Of a stretch of DNA of 64,000 nt, positions 28,931-38,908 are shown in pieces. Source of the DNA: an uncultured Chromatiales bacterium. GTDB taxonomy: Bacteria; Pseudomonadota; Gammaproteobacteria; S012-40. The notes under the pieces are model-generated. The model was not told where the DNA came from. It saw nothing but the letters and a program-made list of their open reading frames with translations, and did no database searches. Each line of letters starts with the position of its first letter. Position 1 is the stretch's first letter. The stretch is taken from contig CAYUAI010000005.1 of assembly GCA_964442745.1 (NCBI GenBank), forward strand, positions 44,426 to 108,425, read 5' to 3'. Both the position numbers and the translations under genes were made by a program.

Positions 28931-29935
28931 TTAATGGGGTGCCTTGCTTGCCCATTTATTTTTAGTCTTTAACTCGATGGTACTTTCCGTTTTTTTAAGC
29001 TTACATAGGAAAAAAGCCTCCATGCCATCGGTCGGCAAAATACGTCGACTGAGCATTACTTGAGGGTTGTAGGTTTTTTTCTTCCATTGACTGAGACCGG
29101 GTTGCCAATTCGTGAAGGGAAGCTCAATGGCTTCGACAGTGAGTGCCTGGGGAAATTTACGGAGGATGGCATGGATAATGGCTTCGTTTTCTTCGGGAGC
29201 AAACGAGCAAGTCGAATAAATTAATGTGCCACCCGGTTTTAAACTCTGTACGGCCGAGTAGATCAGTTTGCGTTGTTTGGTTGCCATTTCTTTGATTTTT
29301 CGCTCACTCCAATAAGCGTAACTGGCTGGCTTATTTAGTTGGAATCGAGATTCAGTTGAGCATGGCGCATCTAACAGAATCCGATCAAAATGTTCAGGGC
29401 ATTTTCTCCAGACCCGTGCGCCATCCATTAAATAAGTATGTACATTGGTCGCCCCTTGCGTTTTCAGATTATCTTTTAATTTAAAAAAGCGTGGTTTGAC
29501 ATTTTCTACGGCGGAAATCCAGCCGGTATTTTTCATTAAGGTGGCTATTTGCAATGTTTTACTGCCTGGGGCGGCGGTTAAGTCGAGTATGGTTTCGTGA
29601 GCTTGTGGCGCTAAATGCAGGACCGGTACCATGCTGGACAGGTTTTGAAAATAAATTAATCCTTGTTCATGCAGACTGGATTGGCTGAGTATCGTTTTGT
29701 CTTGGTGCGCTAGCTGATAGCTATTGGCTAGCCAGTTGACGGGCGAGAGTGTGACCCCTAGGGTGGCGAGTTGAGTAAGTATCTCCTTGGGCTCTCCTTT
29801 TAAGCGATTGACTCTAATACAAGGCTTACTGGGTTTTGCAAAGCTGGCTAAGCACGCTTCATATACATTGTCAGGGACAATGGTTTGCAAGCGGCGGATA
29901 AAATCGATCGGTAAATGAAATTCAGTTGGCATCAT
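28931..29935 (-). CDS. RsmB/NOP (RsmF-like) RNA m5C methyltransferase
   Basis: IRVNRLK, LDLTAAPGSKT, FDRILLDAPCS, LIYSTCSFAPEENE. Confidence 0.9.
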   Translation of the reverse strand: MMPTEFHLPIDFIRRLQTIVPDNVYEACLASFAKPSKPCIRVNRLKGEPKEILTQLATLGVTLSPVNWLANSYQLAHQDKTILSQSSLHEQGLIYFQNLSSMVPVLHLAPQAHETILDLTAAPGSKTLQIATLMKNTGWISAVENVKPRFFKLKDNLKTQGATNVHTYLMDGARVWRKCPEHFDRILLDAPCSTESRFQLNKPASYAYWSERKIKEMATKQRKLIYSAVQSLKPGGTLIYSTCSFAPEENEAIIHAILRKFPQALTVEAIELPFTNWQPGLSQWKKKTYNPQVMLSRRILPTDGMEAFFLCKLKKTESTIELKTKNKWASKAPH

Positions 29936-31370
29936 TGAATATAAATTGGCCTAAGCCCCATTGGCTGGCAAGTGTTTCGCTCGCATTTAAGATTTCTTCC
30001 ATTCGTGAAGGATGATTATAGCGTGTATTGACGATGGTTTTGAGTTGTTGCTCGGGCGCGTGGTTACCTGTCAGGCTATGGATGAGTTCACCGGCTTGTT
30101 CACCGACAATTTCGCCGCCTAAAAATCTACCGGTATCTAGATCGGCTAACAATCTTACGTGGCCATGGGTTGCCTCTTGTCCCATGGCACAGGGGGAGAC
30201 TTGAAAGGACGAAAAGCCGATGGCAGGTTCAAAGCCTCGATCTTCAGCTTGATCATCGTTCCATCCGATACGCGCCATTTCCGTCGCACTATAAATCACC
30301 TGGGGCACCCATTGGGGCTCATAGGCCGGTTGTGAGGTGCCGAGGATATGGTTGATGACATAGCTGGCTTCGGCTAACGCATGATTGGCGGTCATGTTTG
30401 GATTGGCGCAATCCCCGATGGCGTAAATATTTTTGTACTGGGTTTGTAAGTGTTGGTTTCGTTGGATAAAGCCGTGTGGATTAAGTTTCAGGGCGATATT
30501 GTTAAGTTGTAATGGGGCGCTATAAGGGGACCTACCCGTGCCTAATAAGATCCAATCGACTGTGATCGTCGGTAGGTTATCGAAAGTGAGGGTGATGTCG
30601 TTATCGTTGATATCAACATTGATAAGCTGATGGTATTGCTGCCAACAGGTGTTTGCTGACGCTAAGGCGGTATTTAATGCTTTGAGACCCGGTTGGCTAA
30701 AGCGGGACGTAGATAAGGGGGGGGAGCGCACTAGCCATGAAATTTGTTTGTTATATTGGCTTAGAATAAAAGCCATTTCGGTGCCGACCACGCTTGAACC
30801 AAAAATAGCCACTCGATGACCGGTGGGGGGTAGCCTATCAAATAACATGTCGGTGGATAAAATGCGATTTTCGATCCAGGGTAATGACTGAATGGGTTTG
30901 GCTGAGGAGCCGGTGGCAATAATTATATTTTTTGCGGTGAGGGTGGTCTTGGTATGATCGGATTGTTTGATGCACAGACGCTGAGGTGTCAGGAACGAGG
31001 CGATGCCTTGGTATTTGGTCACATTGAGATGGCTTAGATAATTCAGATAATTGGTTTGGGTGGTGGTCACCACCGATCGCTGGTGTTGCCAACTTTGCTG
31101 CAGATCGCCTTGCAAGTGACCGGTTAAACCGCGCTTGTTAAACGTTTGGCTTTTTTTGATCAAGGTGGCGGTGTAGTGCCAGGCTTTTTTGGGAACGCAG
31201 CCACGATTAAGACAGCAGCCACCCCAGCGATCTTTTTCAATAATGGCGACGCGCTTACCACGTAAGGCGGCAACAATCGCCGCTCGGTAGCCACCAGGGC
31301 CAGAGCCGATAATAGCGATGTCAAATATGTTTTGCATGTCAGTCTGTTTTTTGTCTCCGATTCTTTGCAT
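29922..31370 (-). CDS. Dihydrolipoamide dehydrogenase-like pyridine nucleotide-disulfide oxidoreductase
   Basis: IGSGPGG, GGCCLNRGCVPKK, IIATGS, IYAIGD, C-terminal HPSRMEE. Confidence 0.85.
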   Translation of the reverse strand: MQRIGDKKQTDMQNIFDIAIIGSGPGGYRAAIVAALRGKRVAIIEKDRWGGCCLNRGCVPKKAWHYTATLIKKSQTFNKRGLTGHLQGDLQQSWQHQRSVVTTTQTNYLNYLSHLNVTKYQGIASFLTPQRLCIKQSDHTKTTLTAKNIIIATGSSAKPIQSLPWIENRILSTDMLFDRLPPTGHRVAIFGSSVVGTEMAFILSQYNKQISWLVRSPPLSTSRFSQPGLKALNTALASANTCWQQYHQLINVDINDNDITLTFDNLPTITVDWILLGTGRSPYSAPLQLNNIALKLNPHGFIQRNQHLQTQYKNIYAIGDCANPNMTANHALAEASYVINHILGTSQPAYEPQWVPQVIYSATEMARIGWNDDQAEDRGFEPAIGFSSFQVSPCAMGQEATHGHVRLLADLDTGRFLGGEIVGEQAGELIHSLTGNHAPEQQLKTIVNTRYNHPSRMEEILNASETLASQWGLGQFIFNDAN

Positions 31371-31528
31371 TGTAAGCTATTTTTTGTCGGTACTTATACC
31401 GATATCCCAATTTGAACAGGTTGTTTTAAACGTGTGTCATATGGGAGAGGGTTTTGTTAGCCTTTAATAAATTAATTGAAGGCTAACATGATTGTATTTT
31501 GTCGTTGTCAGTGGGTGAGGGTATATAG

Positions 31529-32002
31529 ATGATAGATTTATGGATACGCCGATGTCACCTATTTTTAATTTTATGGGTGATCACTGGGTCGCTTGGGGCG
31601 GTTGAGCGCTCGGTACCTGAAGTGGTTGATTTTCAACAGTTGGCTCAGCAAGCGCAACAGAGAAATTTGCCCATCCTGGTGTTTTTTTCAGCAAAACATT
31701 GTGAATACTGTGAACAGTTGGAAGCGGATCATTTAGGGTTTATGGTCAACAGCGAGGAATATGACAATAAAATGATTCTCCGAAAATTGATGATCGATGG
31801 ATATGCTCGTATTGTTGATTTTTCAGGCGAAGCGGTGTTGCCAGAAGATTTTGTGTATCGTTATAATGTGGATGTAACGCCAACGCTTTTATTCTTTGAC
31901 GCGCAAGGTAACCCGTTAGCGAAAAAAATCATCGGCTATAATCGAGGGAGTTTTTTTGGTTACACATTAGACGAGCGAATTAATGAGGTGGCTCGGCGTT
32001 AG
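31529..32002 (+). CDS. Periplasmic thioredoxin-fold protein (SoxW-like)
   Basis: Signal peptide; FSAKHCEYC; VDVTPTLLFFD cis-Pro motif. Confidence 0.8.
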   Translation: MIDLWIRRCHLFLILWVITGSLGAVERSVPEVVDFQQLAQQAQQRNLPILVFFSAKHCEYCEQLEADHLGFMVNSEEYDNKMILRKLMIDGYARIVDFSGEAVLPEDFVYRYNVDVTPTLLFFDAQGNPLAKKIIGYNRGSFFGYTLDERINEVARR

Positions 32003-32042
32003 TACAGCAGCCACTTTGTATTAGTGGGTGAATATTTTTCTC

Positions 32043-32139
32043 GTAGGGTGCGCTGCGCGCACCAATACCCAATCGCCCAACCGGCTAAGATTGGACGATG
32101 TATCCGTTAACCGTATTTAGTGCGCACAGCGCACTCTAC
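32043..32139. repeat. Inverted pair of GTAG-family REP-like elements
   Basis: GTAGGGTGCGCTGCGCGCACC and, on the opposite strand, GTAGAGTGCGCTGTGCGCACT. Confidence 0.75.
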
Positions 32140-32151
32140 CTTTCCTCAACG

Positions 32152-33096
32152 TTAGTTTTTAGATTGTATGCATTTTTTAATGCAGGCCTGGGTAGCAAAC
32201 TGTGGCTCCCAAGCTAATTCACGTTTTGCTTTATCTGTATTAATTACCAGGGAGTAAGGCAGGCCTTCCAGCCAGCCGGGATCTTCGCCAAGCTGGGTGA
32301 ATTTCCATAATATTTTATGCAACGAGCGTATCCAGTTAAATGGCACGGCGATGGGGTGTCGATGGTTGATTCGTAACATATCGGCAAAGGCTAACGGTGG
32401 CTGTGCGGCCAGGTTAAATGTGCCTTGTACCGGTTGACGCAAGCTGTTTAAGATGGCTTGTACCACATCGGTCTCCCAGACGCATTGGGTGAGGGGGAAC
32501 GGTGCGGCAAATTTAGGATAAAATGGTTGATTAAGTAAACGCAGCAAAAAAGGATGGGCACAAGGGCCTAATATGACATGTGGACGTAAGCGAACGATCT
32601 GTATATCCCCATCTGTTTCGCAAAAATCATCCAGCCAATCTTCAATGGTATTTTTATCTTCCGCATACGCAAAACCGTGCATTACCCGTCGTTTTTGATG
32701 TTCTGTGATAAGAGGTGGATTTCCCGGCAACGCTCCATAGACAATGGCACTTGAGGTATAGACAATTTTTTTTACAGCGTGTTGCTGGGCGGTGTTAAAT
32801 ACGTGTTGGCTGCCGTTGACATTGATGTCGTGAATCAATGATCGATTGTGTCGATGGTGGCCCAATTGACTGGGTAATACCACAAAGGCTAAATGGACGA
32901 CGGCGTCGATACCGCGCATGATATTGGATAATTGGGGCGATCGGATATCAACAAGATGTTCCTGGTATTTACCATGGCTTAATGGGCTTGCTCGTAAGTC
33001 AATGCCGATGACCTGAGAGACATCGGTACTGGCAAAGAGCGCCGGCAATAAAACTTGACCCAAGTGTGAGGCTGATCCAGTGACTAATAATTTCAT
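32152..33096 (-). CDS. NAD-dependent epimerase/dehydratase family (extended SDR)
   Basis: LLVTGSASHLG, VVHLAF, NVNGS, YTSSAIVYG, YAEDK, LRPHVILGP. Confidence 0.85.
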   Translation of the reverse strand: MKLLVTGSASHLGQVLLPALFASTDVSQVIGIDLRASPLSHGKYQEHLVDIRSPQLSNIMRGIDAVVHLAFVVLPSQLGHHRHNRSLIHDINVNGSQHVFNTAQQHAVKKIVYTSSAIVYGALPGNPPLITEHQKRRVMHGFAYAEDKNTIEDWLDDFCETDGDIQIVRLRPHVILGPCAHPFLLRLLNQPFYPKFAAPFPLTQCVWETDVVQAILNSLRQPVQGTFNLAAQPPLAFADMLRINHRHPIAVPFNWIRSLHKILWKFTQLGEDPGWLEGLPYSLVINTDKAKRELAWEPQFATQACIKKCIQSKN

Positions 33097-33137
33097 GTAT
33101 AGCTAATTTAAAATTTTTCAGGTTTTGAGGTTGCCTG

Positions 33138-34214
33138 TTAGTGAAATTCAGGCATGACTTCCGTAGCGATTAACTGTATGGATTGTTTCGTCAGCTCGGT
33201 CGGCAATACACCCGCGCCAATGGCGCATAATACATGATTAACGCCCGCAGATTCTAGTATTTTAAGTTTTTTTATACAGTGTTCAGGATTGCCGACAATG
33301 GCCATGCCTAAGTTTTCTAGTATGGTTAGATTAATGGTTTTTTCCAAGAGACTTTGGAAGTGTCCAAATTTTCTGTAATACTCATAGCTGGTATATAATT
33401 GTTGTAATATCGGCTTGGTTTGGCTAAACAGTTGTTGATAAAACCATTCAAAGGCGGCCTTTGCTTGTCCACGTGCTTGTTTTTTATCTTTTGTGCAATA
33501 GACGCCAAGCGTCATACCGACGCGAGGTTTTTTAGTCTTGTGATTCGGGTCGATCAAACTTTGTTTTTGCCAGGCTTGATGGTAAGACTTGATGTCTTCT
33601 TTTACCATAAACCACGGCTTAAATGGACCGACCAATACGCCAATGCCATGTTTTGCGGCGTATTCAAAACTTGTCGGGCTGACGGCTGCCGACCAAATGG
33701 GAGGGTGTGGTCGTTGAACTACTTTAGGTAAAATCTCGATATTTTGGCAATGAAAATGTTTTCCTTGGTAATTGATTGGTTGCCCAATAAAAGAGGCGAG
33801 AATAATATCCAGTGATTCCTGAGTGATCGCTCGACTGTTTGCCATGTCAACCCCAAACGCTTGATATTCTTTTGGGGAAAAGCCTCGACCAAATCCAAAT
33901 TCAACCCGGCCATTCGATAAAATGTCCAAGGTAGCCAGCCGCTCAGCCACTCGGATGGGATGATTATATGGTAATGGAATGATGCCATGGCCTAAGCGAA
34001 TGTGGTGTGTTTTTTGGCTGGCGGCGGCTAAAAGTAACTCAGGACAGGAGCTATGAGAGTATTGTTTCATAAAGTGATGTTCTACCAGCCAGGCCGTCTT
34101 GAATCCACATTGGTCGGCGATGATGATTTCTTCCAATGTGTTATGGAATACTTGTTGTTCATTATATTTTCCAGTGTTGGGGACGGATAATTCATAGAAT
34201 AAATCTAACTGCAT
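33138..34214 (-). CDS. Luciferase-like (LLM) flavin-dependent oxidoreductase
   Basis: AWLVEHHF, HPIRVAERLATLDILSNGRVEFGFGRG, QRPHPPIW, IVGNPEHC; start ATG34214. Confidence 0.9.
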   Translation of the reverse strand: MQLDLFYELSVPNTGKYNEQQVFHNTLEEIIIADQCGFKTAWLVEHHFMKQYSHSSCPELLLAAASQKTHHIRLGHGIIPLPYNHPIRVAERLATLDILSNGRVEFGFGRGFSPKEYQAFGVDMANSRAITQESLDIILASFIGQPINYQGKHFHCQNIEILPKVVQRPHPPIWSAAVSPTSFEYAAKHGIGVLVGPFKPWFMVKEDIKSYHQAWQKQSLIDPNHKTKKPRVGMTLGVYCTKDKKQARGQAKAAFEWFYQQLFSQTKPILQQLYTSYEYYRKFGHFQSLLEKTINLTILENLGMAIVGNPEHCIKKLKILESAGVNHVLCAIGAGVLPTELTKQSIQLIATEVMPEFH

Positions 34215-34441
34215 GCAGAATGGCTCCGTAAGCGATGTTGATAACAAAAGCTTATTATATTTCACGAGGAGGTAGGGTGATAATACCTGTCTTTTTTTGC
34301 TAGGTTGTGTTAAAAGAGCAAGGCCGTCGTGGCTATGAATTTTGTTTTAATGTGAAGCATGATTGTTGTTATTTTGGGGATCAGATTTAACGCAATGGAA
34401 ATCGTCAAGTTTATGCTGGGTGCTGCGTAAAATAGAAATGG

Positions 34442-35050
34442 TTGCATAACAGTATGGAATGTTTTTTGGGAGCAAGAAACTGGGATCATCGGCCGTGGGC
34501 GACAAGTTATTATCCACATGATTTACCTGTTGAGTGGCAATTAGGTTTTTATTCCCATGAATATCGAACTGTGTTGGTATCGGCCAACAAATGGTGTATG
34601 GCAAATCGCAATAAGGCGGCTCAATGGTATAACGATGCTGGTGAGTCCTTCCAGCTTTTCTTAGAATTGCCTAAAAATAGCGCATTATTACCGTTTGTGT
34701 TTCAATTTTGTCACAGATTGCCTAACTGGCCGGCGGGTTTTGTGATGAATACGCCGATGGTTCACTCGGTGGGTTATCGAAATGTGCTAGGCAAAGCGAT
34801 CCGCAGACAATCAAGTGATATTCCTTTGATATTCTATCAAGTCGATGCCGCGAGCTTACAAAAAGATCTACAATTCAAAGGCGGATTGAGCCACATTCAG
34901 TTGTTTAGTGCGATGTCTTTTGATCGTGCAATAAATGAACGCGTTGTGTTGGTGTTGTTTTCTGCAGTTAGTGGTATGGATGTGGCAAAGCTCAATCGGG
35001 TGATTGAGTTTTGGTCGTTTATTTATCGGGTGTACAGCGTTGTTTTTTAA
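34442..35050 (+). CDS. DUF72-like protein, divergent/truncated
   Basis: GARNWDHRPW..YYPHDLPVEWQLGFYSHEYRTVLV resembles the DUF72 N-terminus; remainder not recognisable. Confidence 0.5.
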   Translation: MHNSMECFLGARNWDHRPWATSYYPHDLPVEWQLGFYSHEYRTVLVSANKWCMANRNKAAQWYNDAGESFQLFLELPKNSALLPFVFQFCHRLPNWPAGFVMNTPMVHSVGYRNVLGKAIRRQSSDIPLIFYQVDAASLQKDLQFKGGLSHIQLFSAMSFDRAINERVVLVLFSAVSGMDVAKLNRVIEFWSFIYRVYSVVF

Positions 35051-35280
35051 TGCTAGACGGTGAGCCTCCTTCGATCGTGATGTTGGAGTGTTTAAATACC
35101 TTGCTTGAGTTACATGGTTTGTCGAGAAATGTGTGACTCGTTGAGTCTATGCTAAGTGTGCTAAAAGTGGCTTAAACTGTATTTTATTTGTTTTTGCAAG
35201 CTAATTGACCGAAAATGAGGCCCAGCCGCAGTATGTAGCTAAACTTGTAACAAGAATTTTTACGACCTCTTGGAGGCTGG

Positions 35281-36111
35281 ATGTCAAATAATACGCATGC
35301 ACTGAGCAGTGACTCGTTGGTAGAAATTGAAGGGTTGAAATTTAGTCATGGGGAACGTGTCATTTTAGATGGTGTTGACATTAAAATACCTCGTGGCAAA
35401 GTAACGACTATAATGGGGCCGAGTGGCACAGGTAAGACCACATTGCTGCGTTTGATTAGTGCTCAGTTGACGGCCACCTCTGGGCAAGTGCGGGTGGATG
35501 GGCTTAATGTGGCGACCTTGAAGCGTCAGGCACTTTATGAGTTACGCAAGCGCATGGGCATGATGTTTCAAACCGGGGCTTTATTTTCTGACTTGACGGT
35601 GTTTGAAAATGTGGCTTTTCCACTCAGAGAGCATACCGATTTATCGTTGGCCATGATCCGCAGTATTGTATTGATGAAATTACAAGCGGTTGGTTTGCGA
35701 GGCGCACGGGATTTGATGCCCAATGAATTATCCGGTGGTATGGCAAGACGGGTGGCGTTGGCGAGGGCGATTGTGTTAGACCCGATGATGATTATGTATG
35801 ATGAGCCATTTACTGGGCAAGATCCGATTACTGTCGGGGTGGTGATGAAGTTGATTCGTTTCTTAAACGATAATCTTGGGTTAACCAGCATTTTAGTGTC
35901 GCATGATGTGCAGGAAGTATTGGCGATTTCTGATTATTTGTATGTCATTTCGGGTGGCAAAGTGGTGGAGCATGGCTCTCCAGAACAATTAAGGCAATCG
36001 GATTCCGTCTGGGTGCAACAGTTTTTGCGAGGCTTGCCTGACGGTCCGGCCGCCTTTCATTATCCTGCCAACGATTATCAAGCCGACTTATTGTCGGGAG
36101 CGCAGGTATGA
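35281..36111 (+). CDS. mlaF: Mla ABC transporter ATPase
   Basis: GPSGTGKT, LSGGMARRVALARA, MYDEPFTGQDP, GLPDGP..FHYPA. Confidence 0.96.
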   Translation: MSNNTHALSSDSLVEIEGLKFSHGERVILDGVDIKIPRGKVTTIMGPSGTGKTTLLRLISAQLTATSGQVRVDGLNVATLKRQALYELRKRMGMMFQTGALFSDLTVFENVAFPLREHTDLSLAMIRSIVLMKLQAVGLRGARDLMPNELSGGMARRVALARAIVLDPMMIMYDEPFTGQDPITVGVVMKLIRFLNDNLGLTSILVSHDVQEVLAISDYLYVISGGKVVEHGSPEQLRQSDSVWVQQFLRGLPDGPAAFHYPANDYQADLLSGAQV

Positions 36112-36890
36112 TGGGGGGGGTGCAGCGACTCGGCGCCAAGGCATTATTCTTTTTTGAGCGACTGGGTTGTGCTCATCTTTTCCTCGGTCGGGTACTGCTC
36201 GCTGTGCCCAGTTTATTTGGGCAGTTTCGATTGCTTGTGCAACAAATGCATTCGGTGGGCGTATTGTCATTGCAAATCATTGCCGTGTCGGGGCTGACGG
36301 TGGGGATGGTGCTTGGCTTACAGGGTTATCATACCTTGGTTGATTTTGGGGCGGAAGAGTCTTTAGGACAAGTCGTTGCGCTGTCTTTAGTCCGAGAGAT
36401 GGGGCCGGTACTCACGGCGCTATTATTTGCAGGGCGAGCGGGTTCTGCGATTACGGCTGAAATCGGTTTAATGAAAGTGACTGAACAATTATCGGCCATG
36501 GAGATGATGGCGGTGGACCCTTATCGCCGGGTTATCGCGCCTCGGTTTGTGGCTGGGGTAATTTCTATGCCTTTGCTGGCGGCCATTTTTAGTGCACTGG
36601 GGGTTTTGGGTGGCTATTTTGTGGGGGTTGGATTGCTCGGTGTGGATGGCGGTGCTTTTTGGTCGCAAATGCAGACCAAGGTGGATTTATTTGATGACAT
36701 TCTCAACGGTGTGATTAAGAGCATTATTTTTGGTGCGGTGGCGACTGGGATTGCGGTCTTTGAAGGGTATCATGCGGCGCCGACGACGGAAGGAGTGAGC
36801 CGTGCTACCACCCGAACGGTTGTTTATACCGCCTTTGCCATTTTAGGCTTGGATTTTATCTTAACTGCACTGATGTTTGGAGGCTTATAA
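36108..36890 (+). CDS. mlaE: Mla ABC transporter permease
   Basis: LVREMGPVLTALLFAGRAGSAITAEIGLMK, EGVSRATTRTVV. Confidence 0.96.
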   Translation: MMGGVQRLGAKALFFFERLGCAHLFLGRVLLAVPSLFGQFRLLVQQMHSVGVLSLQIIAVSGLTVGMVLGLQGYHTLVDFGAEESLGQVVALSLVREMGPVLTALLFAGRAGSAITAEIGLMKVTEQLSAMEMMAVDPYRRVIAPRFVAGVISMPLLAAIFSALGVLGGYFVGVGLLGVDGGAFWSQMQTKVDLFDDILNGVIKSIIFGAVATGIAVFEGYHAAPTTEGVSRATTRTVVYTAFAILGLDFILTALMFGGL

Positions 36891-36892
36891 GA

Positions 36893-37360
36893 ATGCAAAA
36901 ACAAAAGGTTGAGATTGCTGTTGGCATTTTTGTCGTGCTGGGCCTGGCAGCGCTTGTGATGCTAGCGATGAAAGTGAGCAATCTAAGTGCTTTATCGGGT
37001 AATGCGGGTTATTATTTGACAGCGCGATTTGATAATATTGGGGGCTTAAAAGTGCGTTCGCCGGTGAATATGGCGGGCGTGCGAATTGGCCAGGTTACGG
37101 CGATTCGTTTAGACCAAGCGACGTTTGAAGCGGTGGTGATGTTGCGGGTTTCTGAACAATTTAACCAGCTGCCGTTAGATACCAGCGCCAGTGTTTATAC
37201 GTCCGGTTTGCTCGGGGAGCAATATATTTCCTTAGAACCCGGTGGCGAAGAGACCTTTTTAGCCGATGGGGCAGAAATTAAAATAACCTCATCATCATTT
37301 GTTTTAGAGCAAGTGATTGGTGAAGTATTGTTCAGTAAAGCCGCCGGCGAAGATAAATAA
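36893..37360 (+). CDS. mlaD: MCE-domain protein
   Basis: FDNIGGLKVRSPV..AGVRIG, TSGLLGEQYI; single MCE domain. Confidence 0.96.
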   Translation: MQKQKVEIAVGIFVVLGLAALVMLAMKVSNLSALSGNAGYYLTARFDNIGGLKVRSPVNMAGVRIGQVTAIRLDQATFEAVVMLRVSEQFNQLPLDTSASVYTSGLLGEQYISLEPGGEETFLADGAEIKITSSSFVLEQVIGEVLFSKAAGEDK

Positions 37361-37522
37361 CGATGCAAAGGCCGTGTTGGTAGGGTCGTCTTCTCGTTGC
37401 TAAAATCAATCCGTGATTTTGGCATTGACAGGAGTCAATCGCTTGGGTAGTTAGTTTCGCTGACGCTAAGTGATGGTATTTTTCCATCAATTAAATCTTT
37501 CATTAGGACTTCGTTTTTTTAT

Positions 37523-38908
37523 ATGAGTATTTGGTTAAGGGCTAGCAAGATTTGGCCTAGGGTCGTTTTGGTTGGAAGTATTATTGGTTGTGTTGGGCTG
37601 GTTTCAGCTGAGACATTCACCTTAGAGCAAGCGATCGAAAGAGCACTTACTGCGGACCCGCGGGTCGAAGAAAAAGAGCATTTAGTGATGGCAGCGAAGG
37701 CATTATTACAAGAAGCGCAAGGTGGCGATGGCCTTAAAGTCGATGTTAATACCTTTTTAGGCATTTCTCCTGGAATTGATGGTGGGTTTTTTAAAGAAAG
37801 CTGCGTTGGTGAGCTTAACAAATGTGTCAGAGATGATCGTTTTACCTTAGAAGATGGCATATCGCCATGGTTTTACTTTAAACTGTCACTCATTAAACCC
37901 TTGTTTACTTTTGGTAAAATAGAAAATTACAGTGATGCAGCGAATGCCAATATTGCGATTAAAAAAGCGGAGGTACGCTTGCAACGCTCAGAAATCATTC
38001 TCGACACTAAAAAAGCGTATTTTGGTCATTTGACAGCCAAGGATAGTCGTCTATTTTTGCAGGATATTCAACAGCGGATTGATAATGCTTTGCAGTTGGT
38101 CATGGATTGGCTGGATGGCGGGGACGGTGATGTGAAAGTGTCCGATCGTTATGCCCTTGAATCAGCCAGCGCCTTGGCCAGCAAGTTTATTTCTCAAGCG
38201 CAGGGTTTAGAGCAGGTGAGTTTGAGTGGCCTAAAAGTTGTTACCGGTATCGGCTTAGACAATGCGCTTAGCTTGGCTGACGAACATTTAAAGCCGGTGA
38301 CGTTGCCGAGTGAGACGTTGCCGGTATTGCAAGCGCGTGCCGCCCAAATGCGCCCAGAAATTAGTCAATTAAACGCGGGCTTGGAAGCGCGGCGGGCACT
38401 AGTGGCGGCCAATAAAGCGATGATTAAACCGAATATTTATGCAGGGATTGTCGGGATGCTGTCGTATTCCTATGGCCGGGACCCCATTGATAACCCGCAT
38501 ATTTCTGACCCATTTAATGACTATGGTGTTACTCCTTTGGTGGGTATGCAGTGGAGTTGGGAGACAGGTCGGCAGCCAGCGAAAGTCGCTCAGGCACAGG
38601 CTGAGCTCAGCGCTTTGATAGCGAAGTCTTCGTTTGCGCGGGAAGGGATTGCGTTTCAAGTGGCGGAGCAATTTAACCAAATGCATGCGTATTATGATTC
38701 CGTGCAGAGTTTGCGCAAGAGTGCCAAGGCGGCACGCCGTTGGATGATTAGTAGTTATACTGATTTTAGTGCGGGGATTGAAAAAGTAGATGGTGTGATT
38801 ACAGCCTTTCAAGCTTATGTTTTAGCCTATACTGAATATCTGCGAACGGTGTTTGAATACAATATGTATGTGGCACGACTGGAACATGTGACGGGAGCGT
38901 ATCAATGA
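37523..38908 (+). CDS. TolC-family outer membrane efflux protein embedded in the mla operon
   Basis: Signal peptide, FTLEQAIERAL, PLFTFGKI, RPEISQL, two OEP-like helical repeats, ARLEHVTG end. Confidence 0.85.
   Translation: MSIWLRASKIWPRVVLVGSIIGCVGLVSAETFTLEQAIERALTADPRVEEKEHLVMAAKALLQEAQGGDGLKVDVNTFLGISPGIDGGFFKESCVGELNKCVRDDRFTLEDGISPWFYFKLSLIKPLFTFGKIENYSDAANANIAIKKAEVRLQRSEIILDTKKAYFGHLTAKDSRLFLQDIQQRIDNALQLVMDWLDGGDGDVKVSDRYALESASALASKFISQAQGLEQVSLSGLKVVTGIGLDNALSLADEHLKPVTLPSETLPVLQARAAQMRPEISQLNAGLEARRALVAANKAMIKPNIYAGIVGMLSYSYGRDPIDNPHISDPFNDYGVTPLVGMQWSWETGRQPAKVAQAQAELSALIAKSSFAREGIAFQVAEQFNQMHAYYDSVQSLRKSAKAARRWMISSYTDFSAGIEKVDGVITAFQAYVLAYTEYLRTVFEYNMYVARLEHVTGAYQ

Noticed and set aside
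33138-34214. Bioluminescence luxA/luxB
   Set aside because: Single LLM gene without luxCDEG
34510-34518. Perfect DnaA box TTATCCACA
   Set aside because: Single copy inside an ORF, far from the skew switch; expected by chance
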